Made by a program: the position numbers and the translations under genes. From the NCBI GenBank assembly GCA_045612185.1, contig JAZKYO010000100.1, positions 13,606-77,605 of the forward strand: DNA of 64,000 nucleotides, given 5' to 3'. This DNA comes from Eubacteriales bacterium (lineage in GTDB: Bacteria; Bacillota; Clostridia; Oscillospirales; CAG-272). The notes under the pieces were generated by a model. The model searched no databases, had not been told where the DNA came from, and was given only the letters and a program-made list of their open reading frames with translations. Of this stretch, positions 1 to 8,544 are shown piece by piece. Every line of letters begins with the position of its first letter. Position 1 is the first letter of the stretch.

Positions 1-2
1 AC

Positions 3-665
3 TCACTGGCTGACGAGCTTTGCCGCGATTATCTCGCTCAACAGGACTCCACGGCTAACAAAAACGACCTTACCGCTCTTTTCAACATCGGCTACGGTCT
101 TTACGTGGTTACTTCCAACGACGGAAAAAAGGACAACGGACTTATAGTTAACACGGTAACTCAGGTAACAAACACCCCCAACAGAATCGCGGTTACAATC
201 AACAAGGAAAATTACTCTCACCACATTATCAAGCAAACGGGCAAAATGAACATCAACTGCCTTACGGTTGACGCTCCCTTCAAGGTGTTTGAGGTGTTCG
301 GATTCCAAAGCGGAAGAAACGTAAACAAGTTTGCGGACTGCGAGCCTCTCCGTTCCGACAACGGACTTGTATTCCTTCCCCGATACATCAACTCCTTTAT
401 GTCTCTCAAGGTTGAGCAGTATATAGACCTTGACACCCACGGAATGTTTATTTGCTCTGTTACAGAGGCAAGAGTGCTTTCAGACAGAGAAACCATGACC
501 TATACCTATTACCACGAAAACGTTAAGCCCAAACCCGAAACCGACGGCAAGAATGGCTACGTTTGCAAGATATGCGGCTACGTTTACGAAGGCGAGCCGT
601 TGCCCGATGACTTTGTATGTCCGCTTTGCAAGCACGGCGCGGCGGATTTTGAAAAAATTCAATAA
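3..665 (+). CDS. 3' part of a flavin-reductase + rubredoxin-domain protein, probably the C-terminus of a multidomain flavodiiron protein (5' truncated by window)
   Basis: Frame is open from position 3 (SLADELCRDY...ALFNIGYGLYVVTS); flavin reductase motifs followed by C-terminal YVCKICGYVY...CPLCKH rubredoxin motif. Confidence 0.8.
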   Translation, partial: SLADELCRDYLAQQDSTANKNDLTALFNIGYGLYVVTSNDGKKDNGLIVNTVTQVTNTPNRIAVTINKENYSHHIIKQTGKMNINCLTVDAPFKVFEVFGFQSGRNVNKFADCEPLRSDNGLVFLPRYINSFMSLKVEQYIDLDTHGMFICSVTEARVLSDRETMTYTYYHENVKPKPETDGKNGYVCKICGYVYEGEPLPDDFVCPLCKHGAADFEKIQ

Positions 666-679
666 CGGAGGAACAAAAA

Positions 680-1192
680 ATGATGAACGCAAAGGTACAC
701 GAGCTGCTTAATCAGCAGATCAACAAGGAATTTTATTCAGCTTATCTCTATCTCGATTTTTCCAACTACTTCAAGGCCAAGGGTCTTGACGGATTCGCTA
801 ATTGGTACATGGTACAGGCTCAGGAAGAACGCGACCACGCAATGCTTTTCTATCAGTACCTTCAGAACGAAAATCAGATAGTAACGCTTGATGCTATCGC
901 AAAGCCCGACAAGGTTTTTGAGTGCCATATGGACGTACTTAAAGCAGGGCTTGAGCATGAGGAATACGTAACCTCTCTTATCAACGACATATACGCGGCG
1001 GCTTATGAGGTAAAGGACTTCCGCACCATGCAATTCCTTGACTGGTTCGTTAAGGAGCAGGGCGAAGAGGAAACCAACGCCAACGATATGATTACTAAAA
1101 TGGAGCTTTTCGGCAGTGATCCCAAGAGTCTCTACATGCTCAACCAAGAGCTTGCGGCAAGAGTTTACACGGCACCCTCGTTGGTACTGTAA
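680..1192 (+). CDS. ftnA: Non-heme ferritin
   Basis: QINKEFYSAYLY, EERDHA and FLDWFVKEQGEEE ferroxidase motifs; GGAGG RBS. Confidence 0.93.
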   Translation: MMNAKVHELLNQQINKEFYSAYLYLDFSNYFKAKGLDGFANWYMVQAQEERDHAMLFYQYLQNENQIVTLDAIAKPDKVFECHMDVLKAGLEHEEYVTSLINDIYAAAYEVKDFRTMQFLDWFVKEQGEEETNANDMITKMELFGSDPKSLYMLNQELAARVYTAPSLVL

Positions 1193-1225
1193 ACAATATT
1201 AATTTAAATTTTGGAGGAATAAATT

Positions 1226-1387
1226 ATGAAAAAATACGTATGTGACGTATGCGGATGGGTTTATGACGAGGCTGTGGGAGATCCCGACAACGGTATCGCT
1301 CCCGGCACAAAGTTTGAGGACCTTCCCGAGGATTTCGAGTGCCCTCTTTGCGGAGTTGGCAAGGACGACTTCAGCGAAGAAGCTTAA
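1226..1387 (+). CDS. Rubredoxin (53 aa; absent from the ORF track)
   Basis: Manual translation [53 protein letters not shown] with two CxxCG motifs; GGAGG RBS. Confidence 0.95.
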   Translation: MKKYVCDVCGWVYDEAVGDPDNGIAPGTKFEDLPEDFECPLCGVGKDDFSEEA

Positions 1388-1403
1388 AAACACGCAAAAA
1401 ATC

Positions 1404-1433
1404 ACGGCAGGCTTGTAAGCCTGCCGTTTTTTT
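1404..1433 (+). terminator. Intrinsic terminator after rubredoxin
   Basis: ACGGCAGGCTT-GT-AAGCCTGCCGT followed by a T-run. Confidence 0.85.
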
Positions 1434-1525
1434 ACTTTATACAGTTTTTATTTACTCAATTTATTGACTTTTGGCGACACAAGATGTATAATTCAAGCAG
1501 TAACAACAACTTTAGGAGAGATATT

Positions 1526-2224
1526 ATGAAAGAAATCAATCGCTCATTTGGACTTAACAACAATCAATTAAAGCTTATAGCAATGGTCTCAATGCTTATA
1601 GACCACATTGGTGTTCAGCTTTTTCCCGGCGTGCAGATTCTGCGCATATTGGGAAGACTTGCTATGCCGATTTTTGCGTACATGATTACCGAGGGGTGCT
1701 TTTATACAAGAAACAGAGTAAAATACCTTTCACTGATAGCCTTGCTTGCCGCTCTTTGTCAAGTTGTGTATTTCGTGGCAGAGGGCTCGCTGTATATGAG
1801 TATACTTGTTACTTTTTCACTGTCTATCGTTACCATCTTTGCAATCGACGGATTTTTGAAGAAAAAAACAGCTACTTCACTTATTATAGCGGTTGCGGTA
1901 ACGGCAGGCGTGCTTTTTGCGGCTTTGGCTCTGCCTGTGTTACTTAAAGCTAACGGATTTGACATAGATTACGGTATATTCGGTATTTTGCTTCCCGTTG
2001 CGATTTATTTTGCAAAAGGAAAATACGGCAAGCTTATCGCGGCAACAGTCGTTATTACGGCACTTGCCGTAAACAGAGCAACTATTCAATGGTATGCGCT
2101 TGCGGCGATTCCCCTTCTCTATCTGTACAACGGTCAGCGTGGTCGCTTGAATCTGAAATACCTGTTCTATATTTTCTACCCCACACATCTGGCGGTCTTG
2201 CATTTTTTAGATATGCTGTTTTAA
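1526..2224 (+). CDS. TraX-family membrane protein (putative acyltransferase)
   Basis: LKLIAMVSMLIDHIG, GRLAMPIF, YNGQRG and FYIFYPTHL TraX motifs; AGGAG RBS before ATG 1526. Confidence 0.8.
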   Translation: MKEINRSFGLNNNQLKLIAMVSMLIDHIGVQLFPGVQILRILGRLAMPIFAYMITEGCFYTRNRVKYLSLIALLAALCQVVYFVAEGSLYMSILVTFSLSIVTIFAIDGFLKKKTATSLIIAVAVTAGVLFAALALPVLLKANGFDIDYGIFGILLPVAIYFAKGKYGKLIAATVVITALAVNRATIQWYALAAIPLLYLYNGQRGRLNLKYLFYIFYPTHLAVLHFLDMLF

Positions 2225-2319
2225 AACGTCAGATTAAACAAGTTTATTTTCAGTTTATATTGAGCTTGTATAATTTTGTCAAAATAACACGAAAGACGCG
2301 GCAGTAAATTGCCGCACCG

Positions 2320-3969
2320 ATGGTATATTCAATGAACACAAAAAGAATTGACGGAAAATGTTTTGCCCGTATGCTTCTTGGCGGTGCCGCAATGCTTGCG
2401 GAGCATATCGATGAGCTTAACGCACTTAACGTGTTCCCCGTCGCGGACGGAGATACCGGAACAAATATGCTGAAAACTGTAGAAGGGGGACTTGCCGCAG
2501 TCAATGACAAGTCCACGCCGAACATTGGAGAGCTTTCGGATATATTTGCCAAAGGCGTTCTGCTTTCGGCTCGAGGAAATTCGGGCGTTATTCTCTCACA
2601 AATATTTGCTGGAATAAACGATGGGCTCAAGACGTTGAACGACGTAAGCGCGACCGAGCTTGTAGGCGCATATCGCCACGGAGTGGAAAAGTCCTATGCG
2701 GCTGTTAAAACCCCTACGGAGGGCACTATTCTTACGGTCTTTCGCGAAAGTACGGAATTTGCGGCAGCTAATATTGACGACAACTCAAGCATTGAGGATT
2801 TCTTTAAGCTCCACATAGACGAGGCGCGGCGCTCGCTTGCCTCCACCAAGGAGAGATTACCCGTACTTGCCGAGGCTGACGTGGTTGACTCGGGCGCAGC
2901 GGGATATTTCTACATAGCCGAAGGAATGTACAAGGCGTTAAACAGCGATTTTGTGACATATGACTTACCAAACTCAGAAGAAAAAGGCAATGTAAACATC
3001 GACCTTTTCACCCGCAACAGCAAGCTTGAGTTCGGCTATTGCACCGAATTTCTTATAAGACTTACAACCGACAAGGTCGATCCCGACAGCTTCGATGTTC
3101 AAACGGCTCTTTCGGTGCTTGACACTCTTGGCGGTGAAAGCGTAGTAGCTTACAAGCAAGATGATATTCTCAAAATTCATGTTCACACCTTCCGTCCGGG
3201 CGAAATTATGAACGCAATGCAAGCTTTCGGAGAGTTTTTGACTGTCAAAATAGAGAATATGTCCTTGGGACACTCGGAATCCGTGAAACCGAAGAAAAAA
3301 AAGGCTAAAAAATTCTCTGTGGTTGCGGTGGCTACGGGTGAGGGCTTATCGGCGCTTTTCACCCACATGGGTGCCGAACAGATAATTTCGGGCGGTCAGA
3401 CCGCCAATCCCTCTGTTGAGGATTTCGTAAAGGCGTTTAAAAAATGTGACGGTGAAAACATTATAGTTCTTCCCAACAACAAAAATATCATTCTCGCCGC
3501 GAAACATGCGGCAGAGCTATATGAGGACGCCAGGGTTCACGTCATAGAAAGCAAAAATCTTATGCAAGGCTTTGGGGCACTTTCGGTCATCACCCCTGGA
3601 TTCACCGACGTTGACGCGCTTATTGCCAGCGCGCAAAGAGCAGCCGCGGGAGTAACAGACGGAGAAATAACCAAGGCTATAAGAGACACAACTGTCGACG
3701 GAAAGGTTATAAAAAGCGGCGACTACATTTCAATAAGCGACGGCAAAATCACCGCTGTCGCAAAAAATGCAGAGGACGCGGCACTTGCCATGCTTGAAGC
3801 ATCCGACACCGATTTGTGTGAGATAATTACTCTGTTTGTCGGCAAAAACGTTTCGGCAGACAAGCGTATTGAGCTATTGGAACGCTTGGAGGAAAGCTAC
3901 CCGGACTGCGAAATTACCGTTTACGACGGCGGTCAGGATGTTTACGACTACCTAATTGCTGTAGAATAG
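2320..3969 (+). CDS. fakA: DAK2-domain fatty acid kinase catalytic subunit (FakA/YloV family)
   Basis: LNALNVFPVADGDTGTNM, ARGNSGVILSQ, VVDSGA, GYCTEF and GGQTANPS motifs. Confidence 0.88.
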   Translation: MVYSMNTKRIDGKCFARMLLGGAAMLAEHIDELNALNVFPVADGDTGTNMLKTVEGGLAAVNDKSTPNIGELSDIFAKGVLLSARGNSGVILSQIFAGINDGLKTLNDVSATELVGAYRHGVEKSYAAVKTPTEGTILTVFRESTEFAAANIDDNSSIEDFFKLHIDEARRSLASTKERLPVLAEADVVDSGAAGYFYIAEGMYKALNSDFVTYDLPNSEEKGNVNIDLFTRNSKLEFGYCTEFLIRLTTDKVDPDSFDVQTALSVLDTLGGESVVAYKQDDILKIHVHTFRPGEIMNAMQAFGEFLTVKIENMSLGHSESVKPKKKKAKKFSVVAVATGEGLSALFTHMGAEQIISGGQTANPSVEDFVKAFKKCDGENIIVLPNNKNIILAAKHAAELYEDARVHVIESKNLMQGFGALSVITPGFTDVDALIASAQRAAAGVTDGEITKAIRDTTVDGKVIKSGDYISISDGKITAVAKNAEDAALAMLEASDTDLCEIITLFVGKNVSADKRIELLERLEESYPDCEITVYDGGQDVYDYLIAVE

Positions 3970-3977
3970 GAGTTCTT

Positions 3978-4967
3978 ATGGAAAAAATATACAAGGTTGT
4001 AATTGACACAAAGGGCGGAGACAAGGGCGCTTCCGCTATGATAAAGGGCGCTGTGCTTGCCTTAAAAAAACACACGTCGTTAGGGGTACTGTTGGTAGGC
4101 AACAAAGAGGAAATAGATAAAGAGCTTGCTCAATACGACTTTCCTGCAGACCGCGTTGAAATACTTGACGCGCGCGACGAGGTAACAAACTACGATTCTC
4201 CCGCAGACGCGCTCTATCACAAGCCCGAAGCCTCTATGTTAAAAGGATTGAACGAGCTTTCGTCACGTGAAGAGCTTATAGGCATGCTCTCTGCCGGCAA
4301 CACCGGAATATTGCTTACGGGGGCTATGAGGTATCTTCCTCTCAAAGTGCGCGTAAGACCCGCTCTCGCGGCAGTGCTTCCTGCGCAGAACGGTGCTTTC
4401 ACCTGCCTTGTTGACACCGGCGCCACAGTAGACTGCACCCCCGATATGCTTCAGCACTTCGCGCGTCTCGGATCTGAGTTCATGAGAAATATGTACGGTA
4501 TAGAAAGACCAAAGGTGGCTCTTTTGTCCAACGGAGCCGAGTCCTCAAAGGGCAACAAGCTGGTTAAGGAAACCTATCCTATTCTGGCGGCTGACGAAAC
4601 TATTAATTTTGTGGGCAACGTAGAGGGAAACACTGCCCTTTCGGGCTCTTGCGACGTGCTTGTGTGCGACGGATTTGCGGGCAATCAGGTGCTTAAGGTT
4701 ACCGAGGGTACGGCAACGCGCATTATTACCGACATTATGAAATACGCTCATAAAAACGGAAGTGACGAAATCAAAAAGCTTGCCGCGCACCTTATGGGTA
4801 TATACGACATCAGCTCGCTTGGCGGTGGAATAATACTCGGCGTTTCAAAGACAGTTATCAAAATACGCGGAAACGCAGGCGAGGAAGCGGTGGTCAACAC
4901 ATCCGAAATGCTCCTTAACATGGCGCAGAACAAGGCGGTATTTGACCAAAACAAAAACAAGATTTAA
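3978..4967 (+). CDS. plsX: Phosphate acyltransferase PlsX-like (divergent)
   Basis: IDTKGGD, SAGNTG, RPALA, NFVGNVEG, DVLVCDGFAGN; the canonical DAMGGD and KSHG motifs are altered. Confidence 0.8.
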   Translation: MEKIYKVVIDTKGGDKGASAMIKGAVLALKKHTSLGVLLVGNKEEIDKELAQYDFPADRVEILDARDEVTNYDSPADALYHKPEASMLKGLNELSSREELIGMLSAGNTGILLTGAMRYLPLKVRVRPALAAVLPAQNGAFTCLVDTGATVDCTPDMLQHFARLGSEFMRNMYGIERPKVALLSNGAESSKGNKLVKETYPILAADETINFVGNVEGNTALSGSCDVLVCDGFAGNQVLKVTEGTATRIITDIMKYAHKNGSDEIKKLAAHLMGIYDISSLGGGIILGVSKTVIKIRGNAGEEAVVNTSEMLLNMAQNKAVFDQNKNKI

Positions 4968-4979
4968 TGAGGTAGAAAA

Positions 4980-5882
4980 ATGCCAAATATTAAAATTATA
5001 TGCACGTCAACCGGATGCATTGAATACGCGCCCGAGAGATACAGAAATCTCGGCATAGATATTTTGCGTATTCACGTTTTCTGGCAAGGCAAGGAATACA
5101 GAGAAGGACTTGACCTTGACCCGATAGATTTTTACGACCAGCTTGAAAAGCTGGAGGACCCAAAAAACAATCTACCCTACACCGGTATGCCCGAAACCGA
5201 GGAAATCCGCGCTTGCTTTGACAACGCTATAAAAGAGGGGTGCGACGAGGCAATGGTATTTGTGCTGTCGGCGGCTCTCGGTGGCACGTACAATAAGATT
5301 TGCCTTATTGCAAAGGAGTATGAAAGCAAACTGAAAATCAGCGTCATAGACACAAAGTTAACCTGTTTTGGCGAAGGTTTACTTGCTATAAAGGCATCTG
5401 AGTTCGCACGAAAAGGAATGTCAAGCGACGAGATAATGAAAGAGATAAAGTGGATGATGAAGCATCAGCTCTTTATGGGAGTTGACGGCAAACTTGACTA
5501 CCTCATCTACAACGGCAGACTTAAAGGCGGCAAAGCATTCCTTGGTCAGCTTTTCAACATCTGTCCCGTTATACACTTCTCTCCCGAGGGCGAGATTGTA
5601 CCCCTTGAGAGCGTTCGTACTCCCAAGAAAGCATTGGCACGCACCTGCGAGCTTCTTAAGGAAAGAATAGGCGACCGTTCACCCGAGGACTACCTGCTCT
5701 GGCACATTTACACAGGTCCGTCTCTTATCGAAACCCTTAAGGGTATTGAAGGTAAATTCGGCATTGAAACCAACCACGAGGCGGTAATTATGTCTCCCGT
5801 AAGCGGAGCTCACAACGGGCCGTGGCTTGCGGGCTACGGATTGGCATTTATACGCCGAGATGACGAGCCCTTGGAGGATTGA
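4980..5882 (+). CDS. DegV/FakB fatty-acid-binding protein
   Basis: DegV fold motifs LSAALGGTY, VIDT, LDYLIYNGRL, PVSGAHNGP. Confidence 0.85.
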   Translation: MPNIKIICTSTGCIEYAPERYRNLGIDILRIHVFWQGKEYREGLDLDPIDFYDQLEKLEDPKNNLPYTGMPETEEIRACFDNAIKEGCDEAMVFVLSAALGGTYNKICLIAKEYESKLKISVIDTKLTCFGEGLLAIKASEFARKGMSSDEIMKEIKWMMKHQLFMGVDGKLDYLIYNGRLKGGKAFLGQLFNICPVIHFSPEGEIVPLESVRTPKKALARTCELLKERIGDRSPEDYLLWHIYTGPSLIETLKGIEGKFGIETNHEAVIMSPVSGAHNGPWLAGYGLAFIRRDDEPLED

Positions 5883-7009
5883 GCATGGTAGAAATAAGAG
5901 AGGTAAAGACCTCGTATGACGTCAAGGAATTTATAGAATTGCCCTTACGGCTATACCAAGACTGCCCATATTTCGTTCCCCCACTTTACACAGACGAGAA
6001 AAAACTGTTAAAATCCGGGGGAAACAGCGATACCGCCGAATCTGTATTTTATCTTGCCGAAAAGGAAGGAAAAACGGTAGGCAGAATACACGGAATTATT
6101 CAAAAGCAGTTTAACGCCAATCACGACAAAAATCAGATGCGTTTCACACGCTTTGACAGTACGGACGACCAAGAGGTTGCCGACGCACTCTTTGCGGCGC
6201 TTGAAAGTTGGGGAAAATCCAGAGGCATGACAGAAATTTGCGGTCCGCTTGGCTTTAACGACCTTGACCGCGAGGGTTTGCTTGTTGAGGGCTTTGACGA
6301 GGATTCCACCTTTGAGGAGCAATATAATTACGATTATTATAGCAGGCTAATAGAAATCGCAGGCTTCAAAAAAGACGTTGATTGGGTGGAATACGAGCTT
6401 AAACTGCCCAAAGAACGAAACGTCATGCTTGCCCGTGTGGCACAGCGCACGCTTGAAATAAACAAGCTACACGTTGCTGACACGAGTCTTTCCAAGAAAG
6501 CCTACATAAACAAGTACCGCGACGGATTTTTTGAGTGTCTTGACGAGTGTTACAGCAAGCTTTACGGCACTGTTCCCATTTCCAAAAGTGCTCAGGACGA
6601 GCTTATAAATCAGTTTATGATGATAGTAAACAAGGAATATGCTGTTTTTATATGCGATGAAAACGAGCGAGTTGTTGCCTTTGGTCTTTGCTTTCCAAGC
6701 ATAGGTAACGCGGTTAAAAAAAGCGGAGGCAGGCTAACACTTCCCACGCTTTTCAGAATACTTAGCGCGGTCAAGAATTCCGACACCATAGACCTGGGTC
6801 TCGTGGCTGTGCGCCCCGAATATCAGAGCACGGGTGTAAACGCGGTTATTCTGAACGGCTTGCTTGACATTCTTGAAAAAGGAAAGGTTAAAAAGTGCGA
6901 GACCAATCTCAACCTTGAAACCAACACAGCGGTTCAAGCACAGTGGAAATATTTTGACGCGCGCCAGCACAAGCGCAGACGCTCATACATTAAAGAAATA
7001 GGAGAATGA
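5879..7009 (+). CDS. Tandem-GNAT N-acyltransferase of the YghO / bacterial ceramide synthase (bCerS)-like family
   Basis: FIELPLRLY..PYFVPPL, GRI.GII, GPLGFNDLDREGLLVEGFD, YNYDYY and VAVRPEYQSTG; family recognised from memory. Confidence 0.7.
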   Translation: MSMVEIREVKTSYDVKEFIELPLRLYQDCPYFVPPLYTDEKKLLKSGGNSDTAESVFYLAEKEGKTVGRIHGIIQKQFNANHDKNQMRFTRFDSTDDQEVADALFAALESWGKSRGMTEICGPLGFNDLDREGLLVEGFDEDSTFEEQYNYDYYSRLIEIAGFKKDVDWVEYELKLPKERNVMLARVAQRTLEINKLHVADTSLSKKAYINKYRDGFFECLDECYSKLYGTVPISKSAQDELINQFMMIVNKEYAVFICDENERVVAFGLCFPSIGNAVKKSGGRLTLPTLFRILSAVKNSDTIDLGLVAVRPEYQSTGVNAVILNGLLDILEKGKVKKCETNLNLETNTAVQAQWKYFDARQHKRRRSYIKEIGE

Positions 7010-7233
7010 TTATGCTTGAAAAACTTAAAGAGATACTTGGCAAAGTACTGCCAAACGTAGATATGTCAAAGGTTACCGAAGACACCAAAATGGTAGAGGA
7101 TTTGGGCTTTGACTCGCTTGCTATGATGATGATGTCAATGGAAATTGAGGACGCCTTCAACTTCAAGTTTGCGGAATTTGTCAAGTTTGAAACAGTAGGA
7201 GACGTTTGCAAATATCTCGAAAGCAGAATATAA
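7006..7233 (+). CDS. Acyl carrier protein
   Basis: DLGFDSL phosphopantetheine motif, acidic 75-aa protein, ETVGDV. Confidence 0.9.
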   Translation: MIMLEKLKEILGKVLPNVDMSKVTEDTKMVEDLGFDSLAMMMMSMEIEDAFNFKFAEFVKFETVGDVCKYLESRI

Positions 7234-7237
7234 CGCC

Positions 7238-7272
7238 AAAGGGCCGAGTTAACAAACTCGGCTTCTTTGTTT
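7238..7272 (+). terminator. Intrinsic terminator of the lipid operon
   Basis: GCCGAGTT-AACA-AACTCGGC followed by TTCTTTGTTT. Confidence 0.75.
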
Positions 7273-7304
7273 AAATAATTTCAACACATCTGAGGAGGTA
7301 TAAA

Positions 7305-8147
7305 ATGAAAGACAAAAAATTGACGGCAAAAAAGACAGAAGCTTTCAAGAGTTTTCTCACAAATGAGGAAAAAAGTGCGGCAACAATCGACAAATATATG
7401 CGAGATTTGCGTACTTTCAAGGATTTCATTGCCGAAAAACCCATAAACAAGCAATTGATTATGGAATACAAAAAATTGCTTGGCAACAGCTACGCTGTAG
7501 CAAGCGCCAACTCTATGATAGCCGCTCTTAACTCTTTTTTCAGGTTTTGCGGTTGGTACGAGCTGTGCATAAAGCAATTCCGAGTCCAAAAGCCCGCCTT
7601 CTGCTCCGAAGAAAAGGAGCTGAGCAAGGCTGAATATTTTCGACTTCTTGAAGCTTCAAGAAAAAGCAACAACGAAAGATTGAATTTAATAATCCAAACT
7701 ATCTGCTCAACAGGAATAAGGGTAAGCGAACTTGAATATGTAACGGTAGAAGCCCTTTATCAAGACAAGGTAACCGTAGACTGTAAAAATAAAACCCGTC
7801 ACATTTTCATTATATCGGAGCTTAAAAAACGGCTGATAAAATACGCACAAAAGCATGGCATAACTGCAGGTCCGGTGTTTGTGACAAGAAGCGGCAAACC
7901 TATAAGCAGATCAAACATCTGGCGTGAAATGAAGGGCTTGTGCGAGCAGGCACGTGTTTCGCCCAACAAGGTATTCCCCCATAACCTGAGACATCTGTTC
8001 GCCCGCACCTTTTACAGCATAGAAAAGGACATTGCCAAGTTAGCGGACATTCTCGGACACACCAACATAAACACCACTCGAATTTATATTATTACCACCG
8101 GCGCCGAACACAAAAGAAAGATGGAGAATTTACGGCTGATAAGCTGA
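7305..8147 (+). CDS. Tyrosine site-specific recombinase (putative DNA invertase)
   Basis: Complete catalytic set: TGIRVSEL (R), CKNK (K), HNLRH (HxxR), LGH, RIY (Y); 280 aa with no arm-binding domain. Confidence 0.92.
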   Translation: MKDKKLTAKKTEAFKSFLTNEEKSAATIDKYMRDLRTFKDFIAEKPINKQLIMEYKKLLGNSYAVASANSMIAALNSFFRFCGWYELCIKQFRVQKPAFCSEEKELSKAEYFRLLEASRKSNNERLNLIIQTICSTGIRVSELEYVTVEALYQDKVTVDCKNKTRHIFIISELKKRLIKYAQKHGITAGPVFVTRSGKPISRSNIWREMKGLCEQARVSPNKVFPHNLRHLFARTFYSIEKDIAKLADILGHTNINTTRIYIITTGAEHKRKMENLRLIS

Positions 8148-8159
8148 CCGTCCTCCCAC

Positions 8160-8192
8160 CGCTAAAATATAACATAACGAGAGTTATGTTGT
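8160..8192 (+). repeat. Left inverted repeat L1 (recombination site)
   Basis: CGCTAAAATATAACATAACGAGAGTTATGTTGT matches the reverse complement of 8440-8472 at 31/33 positions. Confidence 0.9.
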
Positions 8193-8202
8193 TTGAGTAC
8201 GG

Positions 8203-8221
8203 AACATAACGAGAGTTATGT
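8203..8221 (+). repeat. Second left site L2 (direct copy of the L1 core)
   Basis: AACATAACGAGAGTTATGT, identical to the L1 core. Confidence 0.85.
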
Positions 8222-8268
8222 ATCAAAAATTCGAGATGCGTACCATAATTTAGCTTTTAGTGGTGTCT

Positions 8269-8297
8269 ATTTTACCATATATAAACAAAAAAATCAA
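8269..8297 (-). promoter_or_regulatory. Sigma-A promoter inside the invertible segment, pointing away from the fibre operon
   Basis: Minus strand TTGATT-17 bp-TAAAAT with extended -10 TGG. Confidence 0.75.
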
Positions 8298-8439
8298 TAG
8301 GTTCGGCAAAATTTCTTCACATTATTTATAAACGTATACCCTTTTTATAAATTTTTTGTAAAAAACAACGAAAGGGGTCTTTTTTTTCGCCATTTTTTAA
8401 AAAGAAAGTGGCTTTTTTTGATATTGACGTTTTAGGGTT

Positions 8440-8472
8440 ACAACATAACTCTCGTTATGTTGTTTTTTAGCG
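8440..8472 (-). repeat. Right inverted repeat R (recombination site)
   Basis: ACAACATAACTCTCGTTATGTTGTTTTTTAGCG; core spacer CTCTCG is the reverse complement of CGAGAG in L1/L2. Confidence 0.9.
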
Positions 8473-8544
8473 TAGGGCAACCTACTATATATTGGTCAAT
8501 TCTCAAAATTTGACGTTACTTGTTATTCCGAGGAGGTGAAGTAA

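Noticed and set aside
8424-8452. Plus-strand promoter starting at TTGACG
   Set aside because: No acceptable -10 element at 16-18 bp spacing
8160-8472. Chromosomal dif site (the arms resemble the Xer TTATGTT motif)
   Set aside because: There are three copies in mixed orientation around a promoter, next to a dedicated recombinase; dif is a single site
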